A DNA stretch of 64,000 nt, from NCBI RefSeq assembly GCF_009914755.1, contig NC_060945.1; one strand, written 5' to 3'. How positions within the stretch are numbered: the stretch's first letter is position 1; each line of letters starts with the position of its first letter. Source of the stretch: the human T2T-CHM13v2.0 reference genome, Homo sapiens. Shown here in pieces: positions 29,201 through 46,300 of this stretch. The notes below the pieces were generated by a model that was given only the letters and a program-made list of their open reading frames with translations, did no database searches and had not been told where the DNA came from. Position numbers and translations under genes: made by a program.

Positions 29201-32099
29201 CATTATAATTTTGTATCCACCAAATACAAGGAAAACAATTCGAGAAAAAATAAAATTATTTCATGAAAAGCAGTTACTACTTACTTTATACAAATACAAA
29301 CGTGTATTATGTTTGTGCAAGCATGTAAGTTTATGTTTGTCAATTAGCATGCAAATGAATTTCTTCAAAAATGATTTAAAAATTATTAAAATCCATAAGC
29401 ACTGCCTCCATTGAACCATGCAAAATGAGGGGCAGATGTGTATGGCACAAATCTAGGGCCAGACAAGTGGCTTCCATGAGGTACTTTCAGAATTTGGGAA
29501 GTTCAATGCAAATAGATTCACTTCCCATGAGCCAGTGCCTCTTACATACATCACTGGTCCAGGGTGGATGGTTGAAAAATTCTTTATCTTTACATCTGAA
29601 GACTTGGAGTCCCGTGTCCCAAGGTCAGGGGATAGTAGAAATTCAAATGCAAATATGCATATATAAAATCTATCTTTCTCACTTATACACTTCTCAGGCA
29701 GTTATTACCCTTTGGTGAGATTTCCCAGACTGTCCTCTCACAGCTCTGTATCTCTTTCTGCCCATGAGGTTTGGGGTGGGAGTGGAGAAGGAATGAGAAA
29801 GTAGAAAACTGATATGGGATTTTAGCAGCACGGTGGGGTAATGAGTGGATGTGTATTAAAATGTCCCTCTATAAGTGAACAAGCTTCAGGTCATTTCTGC
29901 CTGACTAATGAGAGCTCAATAGGATCTCCCACAATCTCACCCCCTATTGCTGCCTTGAGACAGTACCTTGTCCTTTGTGTAGGATAATGTGTGGGCAGCT
30001 TTACCATAATAGATGTCATTCAAAGGAGGGACAACCAAAAGCTGAATGCTGCCTGCGTTGCAGTCTTGGTTTAGTTTCCTAAACCCTTCACCAGAGGAAA
30101 ACAATAGTGTAAATGACTAACTTCCGTGACTAGCATAGAAGTATATTTAACAGATATGTGTTGGATGTATAGTTCATTCATATACTAATAACTGACAATA
30201 GTTCTCGAAGACCTAGAGTTTATTTATCATTATTGCAAGCCCTGTGGAGAATACAAATGAAATAAAGAACAAGCCAACAAGCCTTGATTATGGCTACAGA
30301 GTTTGACTTATACATATTGTGGCCCAGTACATTCATTTCAATCCTGAGTGTGTTTAAAAAAAAAAATCCCATGGCAATCCTACCTTTGCTTTTTTTTTTT
30401 TTTTTTGGAAAAAGAACAAACTACAACTAATAAATAGAGGAATGTCATTTCAAAAGAGTTATAATAAACCATTTCCTAATAAGATACATGAGTAATTTAT
30501 TATTTTCTTTATAAGCAAAAAGAAGTTTAAATAACTGAATTTTAATTTTAAAATAGTGCCTTATAAACTTTAAAATAACTAGTAATTTTCCTCCATTCCT
30601 TTACAATATACTACAAGATGTCTAAGTAATTCACATTCATAGACAAGTCACCACTGAAGAAGTGCTATCATATAGCAATTGAGGAGTGTTAGCTATATCT
30701 CACCATTAACAATGGGGACAGTCTGATTCTACTTTAATCTACAACACATACTTATTTTTTAAATCTACATCTTTGAAATTTTATGTCAAAACTACATGGA
30801 TGAACATGTATAGTTTTATACACTATAGGTTGTAGGGTTGACCAAATAATTCACAGCAAGAAAAATTGGTATTATTGAAAATAAGCTATTACTTATAATG
30901 TAAAAGCAAAAATTGCTGCAATCAATAAGTAACCACAATCAATTTAAGTTAACACGGAATGCACTGATAGCATATGATGTTTTTAAAATAGAGTAATTCC
31001 AACTATTCTTTCTACACAAAGCCTGTATGGCAGTCAGAAGTCTTAGAAGATTATGAAAATACTTAGGAACTCTTTGTAATGTATTAAATTTTGTTATGAC
31101 TACAAGAATTTAGTAACCTCTAAAAGGTGGTCCTAGATAGCTTTTAGTTGTGCATACAACCTATAGCCTATTGACCTGTTAATCATTTAACAATAAGGAT
31201 TTAGGACATTGGGAGGGCTTCTGACCCCACTACTATTCATGCCCTGAAAACAGCCTTATGGAGGTGGCAGGATAATAATTCATGAGTCAGTGAGTGTAAT
31301 TTATATGTTGGTATATGTCAGTCACAATACATTGAATTTTTTGTGACATTTTTCAGAGCAGTAACTATAAAAAAGTGAATTCTAAAGAAAACAAAAGAGT
31401 TGAAGGAAAACAAGATGTTTTATAGCTGGTGCTGGTGCAGAGCAAAACCCTCTCTGCTTGACGGTTAGCAACTGAAACACAGTTTTGATTGATACTTCTT
31501 TGGGCCATCTCTTTTATAAATGATAATGACAAACCATAACATAATTTTTAAAAAGAAAAGAGAGGAAAGGACATTTGGGCTTTCTTTCAGTAGTTAATCA
31601 TGGGAAAGCTAAGGAAGGAAGCCTTCCTGGGTGGAGGGAATGATGTAGTCCATTGCCCGCTCTCTCTGGGACACCCCTCTCTCTGGGACTAGCTGAGAAC
31701 AAGTAGGGACTAACTACTTTTGGCAAAACAACTGTCACAAGCCAGAAATGAAACAAAGGTCCCTACTTATAAGGAAACAGAAAGAGATGAGTGACCTAAG
31801 GCCTAAACTTCAAAGCAGTATCTTTGGAGTATTTTCTAAGGAAAATCAAGCAAGCTCTGAATAAAATGACTCATTTATTTCCTTCTCCTGTCTTTGGGAT
31901 TGTCAAACGTCAATATGTTGAAGTTATGCTTACTAAAATGCAAAAATGCTGGTATTTCATTAATTGAGGCAGAATGCTCATACTTGTTCCCCAACTGATG
32001 CTATCAAGAGAGAAGGGTCGATGAGCTACACTTTGAGAAGCATTCCTGCCTCTCTCTACCCTCCTTCTTTGGGAGATCACCTCCCTCATACTTCACAGG

Positions 32100-33330
32100 G
32101 AAAACTGAAGAAATCAGCGTAAAGTTGCCTGAACTTCTCACTCTATAAAAATATTCACATTTGCAGCCATCCATTCTTTCTAACTGTCAGATAGGGGCAA
32201 TGTGGCCTTTGTTCTGTTCCAGACTAATCTTCTCTCCTCTCTCCCACCCACTCTTATTTGCAGAGGGTCAACATGAATCTATACCCTTTCTTTCTCTCTC
32301 TCCCATTTGGTGGTTTTCCATCAGCTTTTAAACATCCATATCCTCCACCTCAACGTATCATCCCTTGATTATCCTCTGTTCATCCTTCAATCTCCCTCTA
32401 TCTCTCTGTTTTCAATTGTACATTTGGAAAACATTTACCTATGCTCATTGCCTCTATTACTTTCCCATTCATCAACTCCTTATCCGCCTTTTCCTGGCTT
32501 ATGCCAATGTATCCTCTAAAACTCCTCTAACAAGACCTGTTAGCTCCATGTCAGCACTGCTTTGGAAACTTTTTAGATCAAGCTTATTGAATTTCTTAAG
32601 TTTACCTCTCCCCTTTTCGTGACATATTGTTTTCTCTTTGTTTTCTTGGCATGTAAACAAACAAACAAACAAAATGGTTGTGCTTCTGTCTCTCTCAGAA
32701 GAGGCTTTCAGTTTTTTTGAGTCTCTTAGGCCAGTTGTCTTCCTGTTACACAATTATTCAACATCGAGTATCCTCTTAAACTTTTTTCACTGCTTGTTTT
32801 AAACCCTATTTCTATGTGGTCTCATTAATATAGTTATGTATATGCTAACAAGTCCCAAAGGTACATCCATTAGCTTGACTTGTTTTCTTAGTTCTAGACC
32901 TAGATGGCTACTTGTCATTCCTTACACATATATCTCACAGATACCTCAAACTTACTAAGTACAAAGTTACACTCATGATCTCTTTATAACTGTTAGTATT
33001 TGATATTTTGTTTCTTATTTTATGACCAGAAGATACCAGTTGTTCAGGCCAGAATTCTGAGAGTCATCATTTACTTCTCTATTAATATAATCCCCCCATA
33101 CAAATAATAAATGCCGTTAACCTACATCATAAATATGTTTTTAATTCACTTATTTGTCTCTTATCTCTACTCACACCCACCATTGCCATCTAGGCCAACT
33201 CCATTTATTGACAGGATGAATACAACTATATTTTCATAACTGTCTATCTTACATCAATTATTGTCACCTTTCAACTTATTTTCTCTATCTTTGACCAATG
33301 ACCTTACAAACGTGAAGTTTGTCATTCTCT
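32100..33330 (+). mobile_element. L2 remnant
   Basis: Pyrimidine-rich L2 ORF2-like sequence (tctcacagatacctcaaactta; ccagttgttcaggccagaa). Confidence 0.55.
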
Positions 33331-33760
33331 GGTTTTAAAAAGAAGTCATGAACTCAAGTGTGCCAAGATCCAGGCCAACACATGAGTGAGTTGAGGACTG
33401 TTGAACTTGAGATTTTATGGTATCCTCTCTAAAGGGGCAGACACTACTTAACTTTGGCTGATTGTTCCCCATAGAAATACATGGTCAGTGTTTCCTGGTC
33501 ATCTATTTTTTTTCAAGAGAAGAGGTACTTACATGTAAGTATTTGTTTAATATATCATTCCCTACTGTGCTCTCAGCACCATGAAAGCTGGGGCCTCAGC
33601 TATCTTTTTCACTGCCTGGCACATAACATGCATTCAGAAAATATTTTTTTTCAACAAGTAAATGCATGAGTCAAATCAAGAGAAGAACAGAGGAGAAAGT
33701 GAGTCATAATGCCTACAATGGCCAAAATATTGGCTAACATAGCTGAATAATTTTGAAATT

Positions 33761-33920
33761 TTTTATTTTTTTCAGAGACAAGGTATTGTTCTGTCCCTCA
33801 GGCTGGAGTGCAATGTCACAATCATATCTCACTACAACCTCGAACTCCGGGGCTCAAGCAATCCACCCACCTAAGTCTCTGAAATACATGGGGCTACAGG
33901 AGTGAGACACCGTGCCCAGC
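33761..33920 (-). mobile_element. Alu monomer (FRAM/FLAM-like)
   Basis: Single old Alu arm with poly(T). Confidence 0.8.
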
Positions 33921-34554
33921 TTTTATAGCCGAATCTCGAAAAGTGAATAGGATTTTCTCAGTTACACATTGTGAGGAAGTATATTTCAGGCTGGAAAAGA
34001 ACATGTGCAAATATACAGTTGTATGCAATCATATGATCTATTAAGGGAACTCTAAGACATTTGGTGCTGATAAGATACGGTCAAGGGATGGGGTAGCTGC
34101 AGATTGAAACAGTGAAGTCCCAGAGAGCTCAAGTGGACAGTTATGCCGTATCTCAGCATTTGAACTCCATCTGACGAGTTAGAGAGCCAAAGATTCACCT
34201 TTTAGAAAAATAGTTGTATCAACATTATGAAGAATGAATTCTAGGAGAAAGAGGCCAGAAGAAGGAATGCTGGTTAAGAAACTATTACAGTTACTCATGT
34301 AGAAAATGATAAAGGAATTAGTTGAAGAAACAGCATGGAGCTGGTGGAGGTGGATTTGAGAGACAATTAGGAGTAGAATCCAAAAGCTCTACAAGCCACC
34401 CCCTTAGCACAACGGCCACACTAGTTATTTGCTATTCTTAGATAAACATTGCATTTTGTTGCCTCTGTGTGTCTCCTCAAGCTACTCTCTACACCTGAAC
34501 TGGATTTGTGTTACCCAAGAAGGGTAATAAATATGACTTTATTTGTTCTTTAAG

Positions 34555-34732
34555 GTTTTGATTCTCAAAGTGTGGTTTCAGAACCAACAGCAATGACCTC
34601 ACCTGAGAGCTTATTAGAAATGCAGAATCTCAGGTCCCATCCAGACCCTAGTGAATCAGAAACTGCATATTGACAAAATCCTCAGGAGATTCATACCTAC
34701 ACTAGCCCACACTAGAATTTCACAAGCCCTGT
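34555..34732 (+). mobile_element. MER5A (hAT-Charlie MITE)
   Basis: 'ttctcaaagtgtgg...cacctgagagcttattagaaatgcagaatctcagg...tgaatcagaaactgcat'. Confidence 0.85.
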
Positions 34733-36357
34733 TTAAATCTCAGCTTAAACCTCACTTAATCCAAGAAACCCTTTTTGGTTTTCCTGATCTTTCTGATTCA
34801 TTAAAATAAATAAAGCTGACTAGTATTATGTTTAACAGTTTCTAGGTATCAGTTTCACTTATATCATGGTTATTTATACATGTGCCATTTGCCTTTTACT
34901 CCTTCCTAAATTATTAGCTCTAGGAGGCAGGAGCAGATCCCAATCCCATTGGTATTACCCATAGCTCCTATTCAAGACTTGACTTCTGATAGGCTTTCCC
35001 CAGAGATAGTGATGGTGACTTCTCTTGCTTCACTTGGCAGGCAAGTTGAGTCTCCAAGTCTTATGATAATGCATCATGCTGATTTCCTGACTTTCTTTGT
35101 CCATCCCTTGATAATGATCTCTTGGCTTTAGTAAAGCACTGTCCATGTTTAATTAATTAAATTCCTCTATTTGTATTTGGAAGTGTTAGAGATGCAAAAT
35201 TTATTCATTTAAAAAACACAAAGGATCTAGACAATCTTACAAGGGACTTCTTAGCAGTAGTCTTCAAAATGTAATATTTTGCTGAATTTTGGTAATATTG
35301 GCTTGAAAGAAATCTCTTTCAGAGCTCACCATACTGTCAGCATGACTGAAAGGAATTAATACATTTTTCTATCATAAAAGCACTGAATTTCCTGTGGCCA
35401 ATGTGATATAACCAGCACCCTTCTGAATTATTTTCCATTTGTTTTATGTTTAAAATTTAGAAGAAAATACAACGTGGTAGACTAGGCTAAATTTAACATA
35501 TAATCCTGTGAAAGTTTTCCTTTTTTGGATGGCATATTGAGTTAAGGTTTTTTAAAAAGTGAGTCCCTCAAAACATCATTCTCTCTTAAGCAGCAGCGTG
35601 TACTTTGAATGGTTTGGAACTAAGTGTTTTAGATTAAAAAAAAAAGTCTTTCTTAAATAACATGCAGCTAACAGCTGGAAAAAGGGTAGTGAAGCGGTAA
35701 ACTGTCCATTATGTTTAAAGAACAACTTGGCTAAAATCCTTCCTTCTCATTAAAATCACTGAGTGTGCCTTCAGAATTTATGTAACTGTACTTAGGGTTT
35801 CTGTTAAACCCATTTATTATTTTTTTTTTCATTTCTAATCTAGACTAAATAATTAATCCATGTCAATTTAGAATTCCTTACTACTTTTTAAAAGTGTATG
35901 TTAGCCTATTTTTAGTTTCCATGAGAATTAGTAATAATGAATTTTCAGAAAGTAAAAATAATGAGGCTTTCTGGAAGAAACCACTGGATGTTTTACAAGT
36001 TAGCAAGGTGTGCTTTCAGTTTAAAATCATTCCACTGTGTTTCTTGTGAGGTTTCTAAAAAATCAGATAGAACTTTAAATGACATTCAGAGTTGAGGAAA
36101 GAGGTGAGGAGAAAAGGAAGCAGCACCCATTATTATGGATTTGAGTAATTCATCGAGTGATTCAGATGTAGTAGTTCTATTACCATTTTCTTTGACATGG
36201 TCCAAAAGCAAAGGTCAAGGTCGCTACACTTGTGTCCTTTACCCAATGCCACAGTCAGTTTAGAAAACTGTGCTTTAACTTACAATGATAACATCAGAGT
36301 GGGCTTTAAATTCAGATCCACCTATAGGTTTAAGACTCATTAGATTTATCCTTGTCC

Positions 36358-36697
<340 letters not shown>

Positions 36698-36789
36698 TTA
36701 TAGTTGCTCTTTGAAGATAATGGATATTTTTTCTATGCCTTCTATTTTCTATATATCTTCTTGCCCCATTCCACTCTCTGCCTCCTTAG

Positions 36790-37086
36790 TTTTCTCTTTT
36801 TCTTTTTCTTTTTTCTTTTTTTTTTTTTTTTTTTTTTTTGCAGTGGCTTAATCTTGGCTCACTGCAGTCTCTGCCTTCGGGGCTCAAGTGCGTCTCCTGC
36901 TTCAGCCTCCTGAGTACCTGGGATTACAGGCCCCTGCCACCATGCCTGGCTAATTTTTGTAGTTTTAGTAGAGACGGGGTTTCACCATGTTGTCCAGACT
37001 GGTCTCGAACTCCTGACCTCAGGTGATCCACCTACCTCGGCCTCCTAAAATGCTGGGATTACAGGCATGAACCACCGCACCCAGCC
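36790..37086 (-). mobile_element. Alu, AluS, missing sequence next to the tail
   Basis: Reverse Alu with long T-rich tail joined directly to gcagtggc. Confidence 0.9.
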
Positions 37087-37159
37087 CTTTGTTTACTTTT
37101 ATCCATTTGTTTTATGTTTAAAATTTTATGAGAAAACAGCATTGTAGAATAGACACTTT

Positions 37160-38800
<1,641 letters not shown>

Positions 38801-41414
38801 ACATGCTGTAAGCTACCCCATCCTGGTCAAAACCATGGGGGTATAAATAGGTATGAAAATATATAGGTGATTCCATGCATTGTTTTTAAATAAGCACAGA
38901 TGTAACAAGGTAGAGAATTAAGAAAATAAATACAAATATATTACTGTATACTTAGTTGAAGATGATACAATATTTATTTTTATATGTTAGGAAAAGTCAA
39001 AGAAAGAGAATGGAAGTTCATTTGACTTTTGTTAAGCACAAAAATTATGCAAGATTGACACAGTAAAATAAAATTTGAACCTTAATGTATTCCTAGGATA
39101 TACTGCTGGAAGATTTATGATAGGATGACTCAACATTTCTACATACCTTCTTCAAAGGCATTACTGTTTATCAACAATTTTTAGCTTGGAATAATTACTA
39201 CTAAATTCCAAAAATCTAATAGTAGGTAAAATCTGACACTAAACTTACAGTTTATAGTAGAATTTGCTCTAATAAAAATATTATTCTTAACAGTTTTATT
39301 TCTGTAAATGTAGATGTTCTTTCAATAATGAAAAGTAGTATATTATAAAGTGAACTAAAATAACATAAACAAGTAATCAAATGCATGCAGTTGAAATGAT
39401 TCAAATCTTCACAATGGATAAAGTGCTCAGTGTTTCATTTGGAAATTTTGGGGTCAGGTTTAATAGTACTGCATAGGGAAAAAAGAGCTCAAGCCTTATT
39501 TATTTTAAGGACTTCTGAAATTGACTTTGAAAAACACATTGAAATTCACACGAAAAGGAGTATGTAGTAGTTTAATTACACTATTGCATGGCTTTAGAAA
39601 TTATATAGTAATTTTCCGTTTTAAACAGCTTTAAAGAATAAATTCGCTAAGCTACAAAATATTGGAATCACGTTAGTTAACAAAGGACATGTATGTTTAT
39701 GGAATACTAAATTAATATAAAAAAAAGAATTGACCTTACCTTTGTAAATTAAATTAGGAAAAATTAAAGTTTGAGTTATATACATTTTGATATGCTGTAG
39801 CCATTTCAGATGTATAAGTTATTACTTGTTAATTTATTTTTTCAGTTTCATTAATCACTTTTACACAAACTATATGCAATAAAATGTTAAAATTACTTGA
39901 TTTTTTTTAAATTTTAGACTCTGTAAGTTATCAGAGTTTAAAACCACTTAGCTACATTTTGATGTATTTATTGATATCTGGCTTAACTTTTGTTGCTGTT
40001 TTGATTTTAATATATTAAATGAAGCAACTTGCTTTCCCATGTTTTGCTTTGAGTTTATAAGGCTCATAGCTATGATGTGAGTAATTCAACAATTTTTGGC
40101 CTTACACATTCTTTTTACTGAAATGTCTTTCTTTAAGTCTCCAACCAGAGGGAAAATTAGGTAATTAAAGAATTTTTTCTTTTGTTTATAGTAGAGGAAT
40201 GTGTGGACAAAATAAATATTATTTCTCTTGTATCTTTTTCTTTGCTTTTTTAAATACAAATGTTTCATTCTTTGTAATATCCATTTCAGTGAAAATGGTT
40301 AGTCCTCACATTGTGATAATATTTTGTTTTGTTTGTAATCATTCTTTAGTTCTGGGGAAAATTCTAATTTCTGATGGAATGTTACTTATGGAATTGATTT
40401 TACAGTAGAATACATACCTTTTAAAGGTTTCCCCTGCCTTAATCACAAAGAAAGGAAACTTTACTTCTGATACTTATGCTAAAACTAAGAGTCATAAAAA
40501 TAAGATGACTTGATCAATTTTAAGAGTAAATGAGTGGTAGAAACAGAAGGAGGAGGGAGATAAAACATAGAACAAGCTTCATGCTAGTGCCTTAGAAATA
40601 TTAGCTAGTTAAATCCCCTGATATTCCTGTAAGATAGATTCTTCCCATCTTACAGGTGAAAAAACTGGATCTCAAATCCAAGTGGGATGACGATGACAAA
40701 TGTGCATTATTCCACAGATGTGAAATGTATAAAGATTTTCTTTTTAGTCTTACTTTTTATTATGGAAAATTTTATGTGTAAAGAAGCTTAAGAACCCATG
40801 GGAATACAGACAATAAATGTCAGTGCTGATAATTAATTGCTTGCATTGGCTCTACCCATCCTGATGTTACTCTAATTATCAGGATCCAGATTAGCACTGT
40901 CACTGTCGTGTATTAGACAAGGAGAGTTTTCTACATTAATGTCTGAAGGAAGCTTCATCTGTTCATAAGGTCCTGTATTCCTTTAACCTTCAAAGACAAA
41001 AATTCAGTCTCATTTTCTGCTTTGCTCTGGAGATCCAATCTTTCAATAGGTCCTTCTCCCCAGGTGTCTGTGGAAATCTCAGGAAGGACTTCCATTTGCC
41101 ACACAACCCTCTGCTCTCTTGCCCAGCTGTTTGCCTCCAAACAACTCTCCCTCTCTACTCCCGTTCATTACTTTTGGTCTGGAGACCAGCATTCTTAGAC
41201 TATCTCTGCTCCTTCTTCTATAACTATTTTATCCAAGCTACGGATGCAAGCCTTTGATGTCTCACAATGAATGCAAGGCCAGGCCATAAAATTAAATAAA
41301 ACTTTATTGCAACAGAGCAATTTAAAATCAATTGCTGAGCATGTTGCTTTTTGAGTTCAGAATCCCTGTAGGAATACACAACCCCCCTCCAGCTGGAGCT
41401 AACTTCTGCATTTT

Positions 41415-41658
41415 TAGAAAGATTGCCAAGTAAAACACAGAATGCCCATTTCCATTTGAATTTTATAGAAACACAGAATAGTTTTATAGTATAAAATGTA
41501 TCAAACTATCAGGATATATTTATAATAAAACCGGAACATACTTATACCAAAACACTAGGATATACACTAAACAAGAAATTTAAAAATGTGATGCTTATCT
41601 AAAATTCAAATTGCACTGGGCAGCCTGTATTTTTATTTGCTGAATGTGGCAACTCTAG
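41415..41658. mobile_element. MER53-like palindromic DNA element
   Basis: 'gattgccaagtaaaacacagaatgccc...ttgaatttt' and 'aaattcaaatt...gggcagcctgtatttt...ggcaactcta'. Confidence 0.7.
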
Positions 41659-43699
41659 TTTCCCTAACCATAGGAGAGCACTGGACTAAGTCTTCCCCTT
41701 CCAGGGTCTAGGCCTCTAATTTCTCCAATCTTTTATCTTTAGATCTATTACTTACAGCATCAATGTAGTTTTATTTTTTGTTTTTGTTTTATGTTTTGTT
41801 TTGTTTTTGTAAGCATATGTAAAATACATAACGTTTTTGGGGGGTAAACTAGCATCAAAAGAGCTAGATTCTGACTCTTGCTCTATTTGCAAGTCTTTGG
41901 ACATGAGGATGATCAAGGAACGCTTCTCAACTTCCTTTTATCCCTATTAGAATTCAGCTCAAACAGTAAGTCCTGCCTTGCATGGTGGCTGTGATAATTA
42001 GGTAAGAAATCAAGGGAGAAGGCATTCAGAAAGCATAAATTCTGACCCAACTATAGAGAAATACGTACAGCTTACATTGTCTTTTAGGTTATGTTTTACG
42101 TTGTGTTGTTTCATGGGAATGTCATGGGGGAGAATCTATAAACCGCAGCCAGATGGTAGAAGAGCATCCATCAAGGAGGGTAGACAACTTAGTCTTTGGT
42201 CTCCATTCTCTCTGGATGTCTTTCTGTGTCTACCTGTCAGCCTGGACCATGACATCTCTTCTAAATGGAATCTCAAATACTTCTGATTGGGGTTCCAAGC
42301 CATCTGCCCTCCTATGTTTCTGTCCAACACTGTTAACCTAATGTTTAATTATGTCTTCAGGCCCCTAGTCCTTAATCTTGGTATTTGGCATCACCTGATC
42401 TTAATTCCCAATCATTTTCGTGGTGGTTTTGTTTGTTTCTATTTCTGGATGCATGTGTGTGCTTGCTTTTCCTCTAGACTGTTTTCATATCATTTGAAAT
42501 CTAATGTCCGCCCTCACTCCCCCCATTCTCAGTGGTATTAAAAGAAGTACTGTGTCTCTTCTCTCCGATGTTTAAAAAGATCTTTCCAAATCATTTCACC
42601 AAATTTTGCTTTCTCTAAAGATTTTGAATGTTTATTATCCTTCTGAAATGTTGGCATATTCCTGAAGCTAACTGATACCAAATGTTATGTAAAATCTGTG
42701 AAGTTGCTCTTAGAAGGTGGTATTTATAAACTATATGTAAATGTGGAGTTTCAGCTCAGAGAGGGCTCAGTATACCTCTTTCCAATTCCATGGTTCCCAT
42801 GTGATGTGCTTTTGGATTTCAAGACAGTACTCCAAAGCTAACCATTCATTTGGGCCTAGAAATGTGTTTTCTGATAGTGTGGATGTTGTCAAAACAACTT
42901 GAGTAAAGCATTTGATTGAGTGCTGCTATGAGGACACCCCCAAGAAATTTAGCATTTATGTGATATTCCCCTTTTTCTTAGGAGAATAATATCTTCCAAG
43001 ACTTTTAATTCCCACTTCTACCTTCCAACGTAGTTATCAGGTGATAAAGGTATTTTTTGTTTATAGCATTGAGTGCTAACAAGATTCTTCAAATAATTTA
43101 ATTGAATGCCTTAAAATCTATGGATCTAATTTCTGTTTGTTGTTGTTGAATATGGATAAGCTTTCAAAGTGGAGCTAATTTTTTAGAAAAATAGTTCAAG
43201 TACTGAAGTATTGTGAGAAATGTTATTTCTTTGGCTGGACTGCCTCCCTGTTGCTGAATGGTTGGCGTACACGTCATGCTATCAAATCCTATCATTCTCC
43301 CATGCTAAAAAAAAAAAGTCAGACATCCAATAAAATAATTTGGCAAACCCGGCTTATGTATTCTGTGAAAATAAAATCAGTTTCTACAATCAATTATTTG
43401 AAAGGTCGCTTAAAAAAATTCTGTTTCCATTAATATTTTAAACTATTTCCTTTTAGTTGGGGGAAGAAAGGAGCAATGCCATTCTTTGTAGACTTAAGTA
43501 AATAAATGACATTTCAGTGTATAAGATTTAGAGTCATTCCTACCCAATTTAGTTTTCTTCTGTAAAGTTTATATGGCAATAAAATTTTCTCTATTTTTCT
43601 CATTCCATTTTTTTAAGTGGAATACAGTATTTTAAAAATTGAATAAATACATACAGAATTTCATATCAATATTTGTTGGCATAATTAGAAAAAGGAGAA

Positions 43700-43878
43700 A
43701 AAATTTGCCAAATAAAATATAGGTTGCCTAGTTAAATTTAAATTTTATATAAACAATACTTTTAAAAAATTATATCCCATGTAATATTTAGAACATAACT
43801 TACACTGAAAAATATCATTGTTTATCTGAAGTTCAAATTTCATTGGATATCCTGTATTTGCTAAATCTGTTAACAGTA
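43700..43878. mobile_element. MER53-like palindromic DNA element
   Basis: 'ttgccaaataaaatataggttgcctagttaaattt...tgtttatctgaagttcaaattt...cctgtatttgctaaatctg'. Confidence 0.7.
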
Positions 43879-44869
43879 GAAAGAAGATAAAGCAGATGGT
43901 GAAGTTAAAAAAAATTGAGGTATTATCAATGAAGTTTTGGACAGTACACTTGTAATTTAGACTAGAACTCTAATTTCATTAGCTGCAAAGTAAGGAAGAA
44001 GATACTTAATTCCTGCGTCTTCACAGAAGTTACTACATTCCATGGACAGGGCCAAGATTCTGCTTGAATTTTATAGATAAAAGAGATGCAGAGAGATTCA
44101 GAAACTTGCCTAAGCTAGCAAGTGGTACAGTTAAGATTACTCTTTCTGACTATAGTCAGTCTGTCTCCAAAGACGACTACACCCCACCTCTCTAAATGTT
44201 TCATCCCCAAGGAAAGGATTGGAAATACCAGACAGTTGTTCACTGGCAAAGTTCTTCATCTGACAAGTAATCATGATATCCCAATCTTGCAATGTTACTG
44301 TAAAGGATTGCTGAAAGATATGAATATATATCAAAACATAAATGAGAGTCACTTGACATTAACATTTGTTTTCTTTGTTAAGCATGTAAGTTTCTCTGAA
44401 TCACTGGGATCATGACAGGATTCAGAAAGCAGGACGTGGTATTAAGAAAATGAGAGGACAAGGAGATAATTTTGAATCTTTTATGGAGAAAGGCATTGAA
44501 TAATGTTAAAATAAAAGAAACAAGGAGAGAAATGCATCCTCGTATTAGTGTATGATCCATAGCCAAGCAAAACAAAATTTCAGGTATTTCATGAAAAGCT
44601 GTAGGGCTAGAGATCTTAAAATATTTTCAATGAGAGAGAAAGAGAATTTATGTTAATAGGTCTAATGTTACTAATTTTAGGTGTGCATATGAATATTAGT
44701 ATTGATGTTACTTATATTTACTGTTGTGTTGTAAATTTGTTATTTATTATGGCTCTCAAAGTTTTATCCCTAATTTTGTTTCCTAAGTCTTTTTTAGTCT
44801 CCTATAATAATAGTAGTAGTAGCTGTCATTACATGAGAGATTCTGTACAAGCACTTGACTTGCTAGCTC

Positions 44870-45070
44870 TTGGAAACTTAAAAACGTCTTTATTAGGAGT
44901 ATATTTGTGTGTGTGTTTAGTTTCCCTGTTTTAGTTATGGGTAAACTAAAGGCCAGTGAGTTTAGAAAAGCACTCAAGGTCACACAGCTAGTAAGAGAGT
45001 AGCCAAGTTGGAACCCAACAGCCCCCACTTTCCTTCTATGTTGTACTATTCTGCTTCTAGTCATGTCTTA
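44870..45070 (-). mobile_element. MIR fragment
   Basis: 'aaactaaaggccagtgag...ctcaaggtcacacagctagtaagagagtagcc'. Confidence 0.65.
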
Positions 45071-46300
45071 ACTCCATTAATTATTATGATTGATGAATAC
45101 CTGGGTTAAATTGTCAAATCAATGCTGAAAAATCTCAACTCTCACTCCTAGATTTAAAAGCAATTTTTTTTCGGTGCAATTTGAAACCCTTAGAGACTTT
45201 CTGGTTTTAGGGTTTTGTAGGTTTCTGTCTTACTTTTCTGAGTAATTATTTTAATGGCCTTTCTGATTTTAATTTTAATTTAATTTAACTTAATTTCACC
45301 ATGTTGCCTAAGGGGAACACTACTTCTGACTTGAAATTTTCTGGAAGTCCTGATACAACTTTGACTCTTGTCATTTTAAAGGAAAAAAATGGCAGCATAC
45401 TGAAACGGTAAATGGAAAGGCCATGTTTTTTGAGTGACACCATTAGAGTAAAAACTAGCCAGAGGCATCTGGTGGACAAGCATCTGAGCCACACAGGAGG
45501 GAAGTCCTGTCCATGAGATGCATTCACGTGAGTCCTGGATTCAACTGCTTAGCTTGGCTCCACCATGGGTTCTTCTCAAAAACCAACCTTACAAAGTTGT
45601 TGTAAAGGCTAACAAACATATTTATTTATAGAACAATATAAATGATAGGTACTTGATAAATGGTGGTTATTTTATTAGTATGCTTAAGTAATGGAGCTTA
45701 ATCCATTCAATCAATTTCTCTATTTTTCACAGAGATAAGGAAATGAGCTTTTTGACAGCTTTTCCCTGCTATTAGATTAGTTGACAAGATGGTGTTAATA
45801 CACCCATTCAACCACCGTGGCAGACACTGTAGTTCCCGGACAGTGAAATTTTTGTTGCACCAAATACGATTATTGTGGTTTTTGTTTACAATGCTATACA
45901 TGTTTGTTGTTTATTTTATTTAACTTTAGTAGAAATGAGTTGCTTTATTTAAAAAAAATGACTGCTAATTTGATCACTGAAATAAAATTAAATGGCAGTT
46001 CAAGATGCAGACTTCTAACCAAGCTCTAGTATTAAACAATGCTGCTACTTTCCAATTCTCACTACTCATCAGATGTGTTGTATATATCCAAGATTGCGGA
46101 ATTTGGGAAAAAATATTTTTTCATTTAAGATGTCAAGTGTATTTTTTGAGTAGATCATCGTGAACATTGAGAAGTTTTGGATCATTTGCCCATATATGTT
46201 AACTGAATAAATGTACTGGAAAAATCTCTCTCAGCATTTTAAACTATTGACTTGTTTGTTAATGCAAATTTAGAATATATCATGAGACATTCTATCCCAA

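Noticed and set aside
40418-40440. Minus-strand QGKPLK resembling STXBP3 QGKPLRK
   Set aside because: Five-residue match flanked by stops, on the opposite strand and 25 kb away; treated as chance.
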